DNA of 45,339 nt, taken from positions 1-45,339 of IMG/VR virus record IMGVR_UViG_3300032212_000029; one strand, written 5' to 3'. A program made the position numbers and the translations under genes. Of this stretch, positions 17,940 to 24,699 are shown in pieces (the first letter of the stretch is position 1; each line of letters begins with the position of its first letter). Below the pieces are notes generated by a model. The model searched no databases. It worked only from the letters and a program-made list of their open reading frames with translations, and was not told the DNA's origin. This DNA comes from a virus. Taxonomy: Duplodnaviria > Caudoviricetes.

Positions 17940-19096
17940 GCAAGTACGAAGACATGACCGACAACGAGCTGGGCGCGTTCCTGGCGAAGTCACACGCCGA
18001 GGGCGCTGCGGCGACGAAGGAGCTTTGGCGGCGCTACAAGGCGGGCGAGGGAATCCCGGAGCCGCCGGTGATCGAGCCGCCTGTCGTGAGCCCGCCGAGC
18101 ATGAGCGCAAGCGAGATCATCGCCTACCTGGAAGAAGTGGTTCCCACAGAGGAGAGCCTGCTCGCCAAGATCGGGGAGACGCAGGACATGCCGCGCTTCG
18201 GGGAGCAGGGGTTCAAGGACGCTTGGACGCTTCGCGACGGGCAGGTACACATGGGCAAGCGCTGGAACGGGCTCGGCGATGGGCCCGACGACACGAACGC
18301 CTACCTGCGCGTTCCCGGCAAGTCGGGGAGCTACGGCTACATCGACTCGCTGCACATCGAGCGCTGCATCATCGAGGAGGCGTGCAACTGGGGGGCTCGG
18401 CTTCACGGGGTTCGTCAGCAGCTCAACGTTTACAACACCCTGATTCGCAACATCCGGCGCGAACACGGACTCTACTTGAGCCTCTGTGGTGGCGAATCTG
18501 ACCCTTTCGCCGTGGAACTGTATGGGCTTGTGTTCTCAAACGTTGCTTCACAGTCCTTCCAATCCGTCCAGCGGGATCAGTTCTGGGATAAGGATGCAAG
18601 CGGTGAGACCCCGAATCCCGAGGCCGACTTCACGCCCGGCGGGGATATTCTCGTGGGCCGGTGTCGAACCGTCAACGGCGGCGGACCCGAGGGAACGCGG
18701 GAGAGCTTCGACTTTTCGTTCTTCCGCTCCCGCAACGGGGTATACGTCACGAACCAAATCATCGACGACCGCGCCCAGGCGATCTCTCGCGGCTTCCAGA
18801 TGGCGCAGGGCTATCACGGCCTTGACGACGACTATGAGCGACTCATCGACACTGACGGATTCCTCTGGCGCTCCGCCTCGTCCCAACAGCAGGCGGTGAG
18901 CTACCAGGACATGAGCGTAATCCGTATGCGCAACGGGGTGATCGACGTGCCCGAGGGGTCAAACGCGAAGATCACGCTCGACGGCTGCTCCGAGGACTTC
19001 CTGTTCGAGAACGTCACGAGCCTCCGCGCCCCGGTGCGCGTGGTGATCGACGGTGTGGACGCGGGGACCGTGGACGAGTTGAGTGGGGCGAAGTGA
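17936..19096 (+). CDS. 386-aa protein, possibly beta-helix/pectin-lyase-like
   Basis: Pro-rich linker then repeated short beta-strand patterns (LHIERCIIE, LNVYNTLIRNI, IRMRNGVID, FLFENVT). Confidence 0.45.
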   Translation: MSKYEDMTDNELGAFLAKSHAEGAAATKELWRRYKAGEGIPEPPVIEPPVVSPPSMSASEIIAYLEEVVPTEESLLAKIGETQDMPRFGEQGFKDAWTLRDGQVHMGKRWNGLGDGPDDTNAYLRVPGKSGSYGYIDSLHIERCIIEEACNWGARLHGVRQQLNVYNTLIRNIRREHGLYLSLCGGESDPFAVELYGLVFSNVASQSFQSVQRDQFWDKDASGETPNPEADFTPGGDILVGRCRTVNGGGPEGTRESFDFSFFRSRNGVYVTNQIIDDRAQAISRGFQMAQGYHGLDDDYERLIDTDGFLWRSASSQQQAVSYQDMSVIRMRNGVIDVPEGSNAKITLDGCSEDFLFENVTSLRAPVRVVIDGVDAGTVDELSGAK

Positions 19097-19455
19097 GCGT
19101 CGTCATCGAGTATCGCGGGGAGCGACCGCCGAACATGAACGAGCTGTTCAGGCTCAAGCGCGGGCGCGCCCACAACTACACCAAGAAGCGCGATGCGTGG
19201 CAGATGCGCCTGCGCTCCAAGTACAAGACCGACCCCGGCATACCCCATCCATGCAAGCTGACGCTCATCGTGTACACGTCACGAATGCAAGACTGGGACA
19301 ACGCCGGGGCGGTCGCCAAAATGCCACTCGACGCATTGCAGCGACTCGGGTGGCTGGAGGACGACGGCCCGAAGGTGATCTCGTCCTTCGATGTGCGGCA
19401 GGAGAAGTGCCCCCGCGCCGATGTCGGGTTCCGGCTGGAGTTCGAGGCGGCGTGA
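19093..19455 (+). CDS. RusA-like Holliday junction resolvase
   Basis: PNMN; DWDN...KMPLDAL..LGWLEDD acidic catalytic pattern. Confidence 0.78.
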   Translation: MSVVIEYRGERPPNMNELFRLKRGRAHNYTKKRDAWQMRLRSKYKTDPGIPHPCKLTLIVYTSRMQDWDNAGAVAKMPLDALQRLGWLEDDGPKVISSFDVRQEKCPRADVGFRLEFEAA

Positions 19456-19793
19456 AGCGCACCCCCCTCACCCGCAAGTCCAAGCTCAAGCCCGGCAAGT
19501 CCACGCTGCCGCGCTCGCGCATGAAGCGCGTAGGCAAGCGCAAGCTCCGCGAGATCGACGAGATCAAAGCATTCAGCGAAGCCGTGCTCAAACGCAACCC
19601 GCAGTGTGTCCGCTGCAAACGCGCCCCCTCGACCGAGGCGCACCACCTCGTCCGCAAGTCCCGATCCGTCGGGCACCCGAACAGGCATCACCCCGACGCG
19701 GGTGCTGCCCTGTGCCACGCGTGCCACCGGCACGTTCACGACACCCCCTCCCCAGAGTGGATCAAGCCGCTCGACTACCTGGATTCGATATGA
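19452..19793 (+). CDS. HNH endonuclease
   Basis: MKRTPL start, CVRC...EAHHLVRKS...LCHACHRHVH. Confidence 0.8.
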   Translation: MKRTPLTRKSKLKPGKSTLPRSRMKRVGKRKLREIDEIKAFSEAVLKRNPQCVRCKRAPSTEAHHLVRKSRSVGHPNRHHPDAGAALCHACHRHVHDTPSPEWIKPLDYLDSI

Positions 19794-20158
19794 CACCTAC
19801 CGCAATCGGGCAAATCACACAGAGCGACATCTATTGGACCTTGCAGATGGATTCAATCTGCGTGGTGGCCGGCATACTTTCAGGTCTTGCCCTCATTGCC
19901 AGCATTGTCTTTACCGGAGCGTGGGTCACTGAGGAGTGGCACCGCCTCCGCCCGCTTTCGCGCGTGCTGGCATGTACCCCCCTGCCCTTCGCCGCGGCCA
20001 TGCTCATCGCGTGCGCCTTCATCCCGAACACCAAGGCCCTTGCCGCGATGAAGGTGATCCCCGCCATCGCCAACGACGAGGGCGTGCAGGAGGAGGCGGG
20101 CGAGTTGTACGAGCTTGCCAAGCAGGCGCTTGAGCGGGCGGCGGGGGTGTCCAAATGA
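19790..20158 (+). CDS. Membrane protein, two TM helices
   Basis: IYW...D start, two hydrophobic helices, IPNTK..AAM..IP motif. Confidence 0.7.
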   Translation: MTPTAIGQITQSDIYWTLQMDSICVVAGILSGLALIASIVFTGAWVTEEWHRLRPLSRVLACTPLPFAAAMLIACAFIPNTKALAAMKVIPAIANDEGVQEEAGELYELAKQALERAAGVSK

Positions 20159-20586
20159 GCAGCTTCAACCGCGTGATCCTCCTTGGCAACCTGACCCGCG
20201 ACCCCGAGGTCCGCTTCACTCAGGGCGGCATGGCGATCTGCGCCTTCGGCCTTGCCGTGAACGAGCGCTTCAAGGGCGGCGACGGGGAGTGGCAGGACCG
20301 CGCCACGTTCGTCGATGTCACGATCTTCGGCAAGCGCGGCGAGGCTTTTGCAAAGTTCCACAAGAAGGGCGCGTCGGCGTTCGTCGAGGGCAAGTTGCGC
20401 CTCGATCAGTGGGAGGACAAGAAGGATGGCCAGAAGCGCTCGCGCCTGTTCGTAGTGGGTGATAACTGGGAGTTTGTCGGCAGCGGCGAGCCCAAGGGTG
20501 AGCGGTCCAGCGTCAAGCAGGGCGGAGACGGCGAAGGTGATATCTGGGGGCCACCCGGAGATAGCGACGGGGACACCCCGTTCTAG
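20155..20586 (+). CDS. ssb: Single-stranded DNA-binding protein
   Basis: FNRVILLGNLTRDPEVRFT, VEGKL...QWEDK.DGQKRS and acidic C-terminal DGDTPF. Confidence 0.97.
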   Translation: MSSFNRVILLGNLTRDPEVRFTQGGMAICAFGLAVNERFKGGDGEWQDRATFVDVTIFGKRGEAFAKFHKKGASAFVEGKLRLDQWEDKKDGQKRSRLFVVGDNWEFVGSGEPKGERSSVKQGGDGEGDIWGPPGDSDGDTPF

Positions 20587-20589
20587 CCC

Positions 20590-20841
20590 ATGTCCTGGTG
20601 GCTCACGAAGTTGGAGGACATCCCGGTCGAGCCGCCGGGGTGGTGCCGCCACTTCGAGTGCCAGAAGCTCATCCCCGACGTGAAGTGGGTCGAAGGCAAG
20701 GGGTGGGTGCGGAACGACCGTGGCACCTTCTGCTCTCACGAGTGCTTCCGTGCCGCTCAAGCTCCAGGTGGATATCGCTGGTTGCAGCGCTACTCCCCCG
20801 CTACACTTGCGCTTCTCGGGGAGGCAGGCGAGCCCATCTAG
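20590..20841 (+). CDS. Small Cys-containing protein
   Basis: CRHFEC...FCSHEC. Confidence 0.6.
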   Translation: MSWWLTKLEDIPVEPPGWCRHFECQKLIPDVKWVEGKGWVRNDRGTFCSHECFRAAQAPGGYRWLQRYSPATLALLGEAGEPI

Positions 20842-20896
20842 CCGCCTACCCGTCCATAGAGACCTGGGGGTTTTACTCCGCCCCCAGGAGGTCTCC

Positions 20897-20938
20897 GCCC
20901 CGCAGCCCCTCCCCATAAGGCTGCGGGGTGTTTTCTTA
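20897..20938 (+). terminator. Intrinsic terminator ending the early arm
   Basis: CCCCGCAGCC/GGCTGCGGGG 10-bp stem followed by TGTTTTCTT; a second hairpin lies at 20859-20895. Confidence 0.75.
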
Positions 20939-20974
20939 TTGGGGGATCCCTCCCGCCGCGCTATAAAGAGGGCA
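20939..20974 (+). promoter_or_regulatory. Candidate promoter giving a leaderless or near-leaderless transcript
   Basis: TTGGGG-N17-TATAAA ends 6 nt before the ATG at 20974. Confidence 0.4.
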
Positions 20975-22359
20975 TGGCGCACGTCTTCGACCTGGCTAGC
21001 AACTGGACAGCCGACACCACGATCCTCATCGTGCAGGGGTGGTACGGCATCCCATCAGACGACGGGGGTGCGGATCCAGATTACGGCAACTGGGACATCG
21101 ACAGTAGCTCCTGGCACTCGGGAGACCCCTCGACCTACCCGGCAATCCCGTACGCCAACCAAGACGCGAGCCGCTGCAACGGGGGGCACCGCTACATCGG
21201 AAGCAAGCTGCGCCCCCTCACCGGGATCTACTCGGACTCGGGACGCGAGGACAACGCGGCGAGCATCGCGCACATCGACCGGATGCTTGGCGTGGTCGAG
21301 CGCGCAGGCGACCCGCGAGGGCGCGTCAACGTGATCGCCTGCACCTTGGGGCTCGTTCAGTTCACGAGCCACAACGGGTACGAGCCGGGAGACGCGGACT
21401 ACACGCAGGACCTCGACACGCGCTATCGGCACTTGGACAAGATGCTGGAGCGCGCCAACGCGGCGGGCCTCACCAACTGCGTGGCTGCCAACTACGAGGC
21501 GTACTACATTTGGCAGTTCTTCTCGGGGACCTACACGTCCAAGCTGGCGCGGCTGGGCGCAGTCGCTTTGGACCTGGAGGACTTGGTCAACAAGCTCAAG
21601 AATGACAACGCCGCTTGGAAGGTCGATGGGCGCGTCGTCATTTGCTGGTATGAGGGCACGCTGAACATCCCGGGCTCGGGCGAAGAGGACATCACGCCCG
21701 CCGAGTGGAGCGCGACGATGGAGGCGGTTCGCACGGCGACCGGACACGACTTCTTCGTGATCGGTCGCAACTACGGGGCCTCCGACGTGGCGTGGCTTGA
21801 CGGGCTCTTCCCGTGGATCCGCTATCAGAACTACCTAAGCGCCGACGGCAGCACCAACCGGCTAAAGGCGAGCAACTGGGCCCAGGACGGCATCAACGAC
21901 TTCATCGCATCTGCGGTTGCCGCCAACAGCGGGCGCGTCGCCCTCGCCAACTTCTCCCCCGGCTTCGATGACTACGTCCTGGAGTGGGGCGCGGGGAACA
22001 CGAGTCGGGTCATCCCGAGGACGAGTGACACGATCAAGGGGCAGTTCGACGGGTACCAAGCGCTTGACGACGCGGGGCCTCGCGTCGATGGCCTAGTGCT
22101 CGCCACGTGGAACGGCTACCCAGAGGGGCACTGCATCGAGCCCACGGTCCAGGACAACGGCGAGGTACTTGGGCTCTTCACCGAACAGATGGCGATCTAT
22201 CGCGGCGAGAACCCCAGTGCGAGCGAGACGGAGACCTTGCTCGACATCTGGCGCACCGCCACCCCATCCATCACCTGCCCCGTACAGTACCGCCAGGGTG
22301 GGCGGCGCGAGAACGTGGCAACGGGCGAAGCCCTCACATCAGGACACGGCACGACATGA
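20974..22359 (+). CDS. GH99/GH71-like TIM-barrel glycoside hydrolase homologue
   Basis: GWYG, PLTGIYSDS, HIDRM, WKVDGRVVI, SPGFDD and LATWNGYPEGHCIEPT (family consensus approx. TSWNEWHEGT.IEP). Confidence 0.68.
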   Translation: MAHVFDLASNWTADTTILIVQGWYGIPSDDGGADPDYGNWDIDSSSWHSGDPSTYPAIPYANQDASRCNGGHRYIGSKLRPLTGIYSDSGREDNAASIAHIDRMLGVVERAGDPRGRVNVIACTLGLVQFTSHNGYEPGDADYTQDLDTRYRHLDKMLERANAAGLTNCVAANYEAYYIWQFFSGTYTSKLARLGAVALDLEDLVNKLKNDNAAWKVDGRVVICWYEGTLNIPGSGEEDITPAEWSATMEAVRTATGHDFFVIGRNYGASDVAWLDGLFPWIRYQNYLSADGSTNRLKASNWAQDGINDFIASAVAANSGRVALANFSPGFDDYVLEWGAGNTSRVIPRTSDTIKGQFDGYQALDDAGPRVDGLVLATWNGYPEGHCIEPTVQDNGEVLGLFTEQMAIYRGENPSASETETLLDIWRTATPSITCPVQYRQGGRRENVATGEALTSGHGTT

Positions 22360-22793
22360 CGCGCAAAGTCGGATTCATCAAACTCATCGAGGGGCAACAC
22401 CTCGTAGTCATCGGAGCGCCCACATCGCCCGCAGGCGCGCTACTCACGCGCGGCGAGGTCTCGGCCTGCACCATCAAGGTCTTCGAGGTGCCCAGCGACA
22501 CCGCACCCACCCACGTCTACACGGTGTCCCCATCGGTCACCGCAGACCCGCCCAGCGCCGCCTACGATCAGTGCATGTTTGCTACGGCGCGCACCGACTG
22601 GGACCTGCCGGGGAGTTACACGTTCTGGTATCGCATCCCCGTCAGCGACTACGCGTTTGAGGGCGGCAAAACGTACATCGTGGAGGCGGCGCTCACCGCC
22701 GGGCACCCGGCTACCACGTTCCCCGAGCTGGACGACTACGGGACGCTGTACCTGCGCTGGAAGGTCGTGGTGGACCCGATCCTCAGCGCGTAG
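22356..22793 (+). CDS. Hypothetical beta-rich protein
   Basis: ATGA coupling to the GH-like gene; YTFWYRIP...FEGGKTYIVE. Confidence 0.7.
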   Translation: MTRKVGFIKLIEGQHLVVIGAPTSPAGALLTRGEVSACTIKVFEVPSDTAPTHVYTVSPSVTADPPSAAYDQCMFATARTDWDLPGSYTFWYRIPVSDYAFEGGKTYIVEAALTAGHPATTFPELDDYGTLYLRWKVVVDPILSA

Positions 22794-22907
22794 TTTAGGG
22801 ATTGCCCATCGGTGGTGAACGGCTACGCGCTAAGATCTCCCGATACCCAGATAGCCACTGCCTTACGAGCCAGCTAAGGATCGTTTCGATAGTGAGGTGT
22901 TTGGTAG

Positions 22908-22953
22908 GGAAACCCCAAAGGCTAGGTCTAGAAGCGTCGCCTTTGGGGTTTCC
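22908..22953. repeat. Perfect 15-bp inverted repeat with 16-nt loop
   Basis: GGAAACCCCAAAGGC...GCCTTTGGGGTTTCC. Confidence 0.85.
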
Positions 22954-22975
22954 GGTTTATGGGTTGCTTGAGGCA

Positions 22976-23071
22976 AGAGGCGCGGGTATGGTCGCGGGCG
23001 CTTGAAGCTCTGACACTCGTCCGCCCAACGGATCCTAAGTCCGGCGCATTCGACCACCCTGCCAAGCCTCC
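22976..23071 (-). pseudogene. Degenerate class II tRNA-like element, anticodon TAG (Leu)
   Basis: GGAGGCT-TG-GCAGGGTGGTCGAATGC D arm, CCGGA-CTTAGGA-TCCGT anticodon arm, GGGCG/CGCCC long variable stem; no TTC T-loop and no CCA. Confidence 0.55.
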
Positions 23072-23112
23072 ACCAAATTGTTTCCATCGCCGGTCTCTGG
23101 CCGGCCCCCTGG

Positions 23113-23163
23113 GCCCCTCGTCGCGCCGTGCTGTCAACATCATGGGCGTTACGGGGGCTTTTT
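23113..23163 (+). terminator. Candidate intrinsic terminator
   Basis: Imperfect GC stem GCCCC...GGGGC followed by TTTTT. Confidence 0.5.
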
Positions 23164-23201
23164 AGTGCGGATGCTCCCGGAAGCGAGATGGGTTTACTCG
23201 C

Positions 23202-23278
23202 GGTGGGCGCGGCCCAACCGGTTAGGGCACCGGGTTGGGACCCCGGCGGTCTGGGTTCGAGCCCCAACTCTCACCCCA
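23202..23278 (+). tRNA. Non-canonical tRNA: His-type body (G-1:C73) with GGG (Pro) anticodon; possibly a pseudo-tRNA
   Basis: Cloverleaf G/GTGGGCG, GCCC/GGGC D stem, CCGGG-TTGGGAC-CCCGG, GGGTTCGAGCCCC T arm, CTCTCAC-C-CCA. Confidence 0.72.
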
Positions 23279-23293
23279 CCACCAAGGGAAAGG

Positions 23294-23364
23294 CGCTCCC
23301 CGGCTCCGCTGGGCGAGTGTCCACCCCTCCCAGAGATTTGTCTCTGCCCCAGAGCCGGGGAGCG
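23294..23364 (-). terminator. 13-bp-stem branched hairpin just after the last late gene
   Basis: CGCTCCCCGGCTC/GAGCCGGGGAGCG with an internal CAGAG/CTCTG hairpin; weak T tract. Confidence 0.5.
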
Positions 23365-23366
23365 TT

Positions 23367-23786
23367 CTAGTCTGCGGCTTTGCGCTTGCGCTTGACAAGG
23401 ATGGCTTTGACACCGCGCGCCCACTCGCGCACACCCGGCACGAACAGGCAGAGCAGCGTCCACACGATGAACAGCGCCGTGAAGTCCTTGACGAACTGGA
23501 CCGCTTGGGCGAAGTACCCGAGCGTCGCCGCCGGAGCACCGCCACCGCGAATCAGATCATCAACCGCTTCACTGGTCTGCTCCTCGCGCATGTTGCCGCG
23601 AACCGCCTGCTGAACGGCGCTGCCAACCATCGCGCCCACCACGGCCCCGACAGGGCCTCCCAGGAGCGCGCCTGTGCCCGCTCCCGCCGCCGGAGGTGCC
23701 GCACGCTCTGCGACCCCGTAAACGCCGCTGAGCATCGCACAGGAGGCCGTGAGGTACAGCGCTAGCGCGATGGCCAGCCTACGCAT
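23367..23786 (-). CDS. Glycine-zipper lipoprotein with C-terminal TM helix (spanin-like candidate)
   Basis: MRRLAIALALYLTASC lipobox-like signal, GAGTGALLGGPVGAVVGAMVG zipper, FTALFIVWTLLCLFVP TM, basic tail. Confidence 0.6.
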   Translation of the reverse strand: MRRLAIALALYLTASCAMLSGVYGVAERAAPPAAGAGTGALLGGPVGAVVGAMVGSAVQQAVRGNMREEQTSEAVDDLIRGGGAPAATLGYFAQAVQFVKDFTALFIVWTLLCLFVPGVREWARGVKAILVKRKRKAAD

Positions 23787-23988
23787 CACGCCCGTGGATC
23801 ATGCCGCGCACGGTCGGCCACACGACGGCCACGCCGAGGATTGCCGCGAGCAGCGCCGTCACACCGCCAGCCACGCGGGCCCAGACCGGAAGATCGGCGA
23901 GGGCCAACGTGGTGCCGAGGCCAACGCAGGCCGCGATAGCCGCAAACACGCGCTTGCGCGGCGGGGTGAGCTTCACTTCGTCCGTCAT
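23779..23988 (-). CDS. Putative holin (2 TM, 69 aa)
   Basis: Basic N-terminus and two hydrophobic helices; located at the end of the late operon. Confidence 0.5.
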   Translation of the reverse strand: MTDEVKLTPPRKRVFAAIAACVGLGTTLALADLPVWARVAGGVTALLAAILGVAVVWPTVRGMIHGRDA

Positions 23989-23990
23989 GG

Positions 23991-24143
23991 TCAGGAGGGG
24001 TCCGGGGGGAATGCGAGTTTCGCCGCAGCAACCGCGTCGTCGTGGCGCTGCCGCCAATCAGAGACGCTTTCGCCGGGTCGCTGGTAGGTTTCGACGAACA
24101 CGAGCTGCCCGCCGCTCAGCCACTCATCGTACAGCGGAACCAC
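23991..24143 (-). CDS. 50-aa protein, paralogue of the C-terminus of the upstream gene
   Basis: GTG overlaps the previous TAG; ETYQRPGESVSDWRQRHDDAVAAA. Confidence 0.55.
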   Translation of the reverse strand: MVPLYDEWLSGGQLVFVETYQRPGESVSDWRQRHDDAVAAAKLAFPPDPS

Positions 24144-24394
24144 TACTCGCCCCCCGCTGCCTCGACGGCCAACTTGTGGCGGCCAAGCCACTGGTCCAAT
24201 GTCTCGCCTTCAAGGCGCTCCGTGAGGATTGGCGTGTCGCCGGTCGCGCCATGCCCGATTGTCTGCCCGATTCCCTGTGGAGTTGCGTCCATAACTTTTT
24301 GCCTGTTGCTGATGCTGAGTAGGAGGTAAACGATCACCATGAGAACTACGAGAGTGGCGACCTGGAGAGATTGGGTGCGAGCCTGTTGGTTCAT
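24143..24394 (-). CDS. Small single-TM protein
   Basis: VATLVVLMVIVYLLLSI, then TERLEGETLDQWLGRHKLAVEAA. Confidence 0.65.
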   Translation of the reverse strand: MNQQARTQSLQVATLVVLMVIVYLLLSISNRQKVMDATPQGIGQTIGHGATGDTPILTERLEGETLDQWLGRHKLAVEAAGGE

Positions 24395-24699
24395 GGGTGC
24401 TCCAAGTTGTCGAGCCGCTTCAAGATCGCCTCGATGTGCGCCATAACCGTCTGATTCGGAGGCTGGCTTGCAAATCCGTCAACGCGGGCATCCATGCGCT
24501 GGACCTCCGCCCTCAACTCCCCAAGATCGTCTTTCACGCCGCTGATCCCCATTTCCAGGGGCTCAAGCTGGAGCGAGGTCACAAGGGGGACAACCAGTAG
24601 GATAAGCGCGACCTGCACCCCAGGAATCACCGTATCTACGGTGAATCGGTTGGGGCGCGGGGCGTTCTCAGAAGTGGGAGGGCTGGGGGTGTCACTCAT
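24391..24699 (-). CDS. TM plus coiled-coil protein
   Basis: AGGAAG SD-like site; VQVALILLVVPLV, then heptad repeats. Confidence 0.65.
   Translation of the reverse strand: MSDTPSPPTSENAPRPNRFTVDTVIPGVQVALILLVVPLVTSLQLEPLEMGISGVKDDLGELRAEVQRMDARVDGFASQPPNQTVMAHIEAILKRLDNLEHP

Noticed and set aside
23202-23278. Ordinary tRNA-Pro(GGG)
   Set aside because: Lacks C1:G72, A73 and G37; has His-type G-1:C73
23279-23364. Theta/HDV-like ribozyme downstream of the tRNA
   Set aside because: I could not build the P1/P2/P3/P1.1 nested pseudoknot; a simple branched hairpin fits better
22802-23395. ORF-track ORFs across the RNA island
   Set aside because: No convincing SD or coupling, atypical composition, and they overlap the tRNA-like elements
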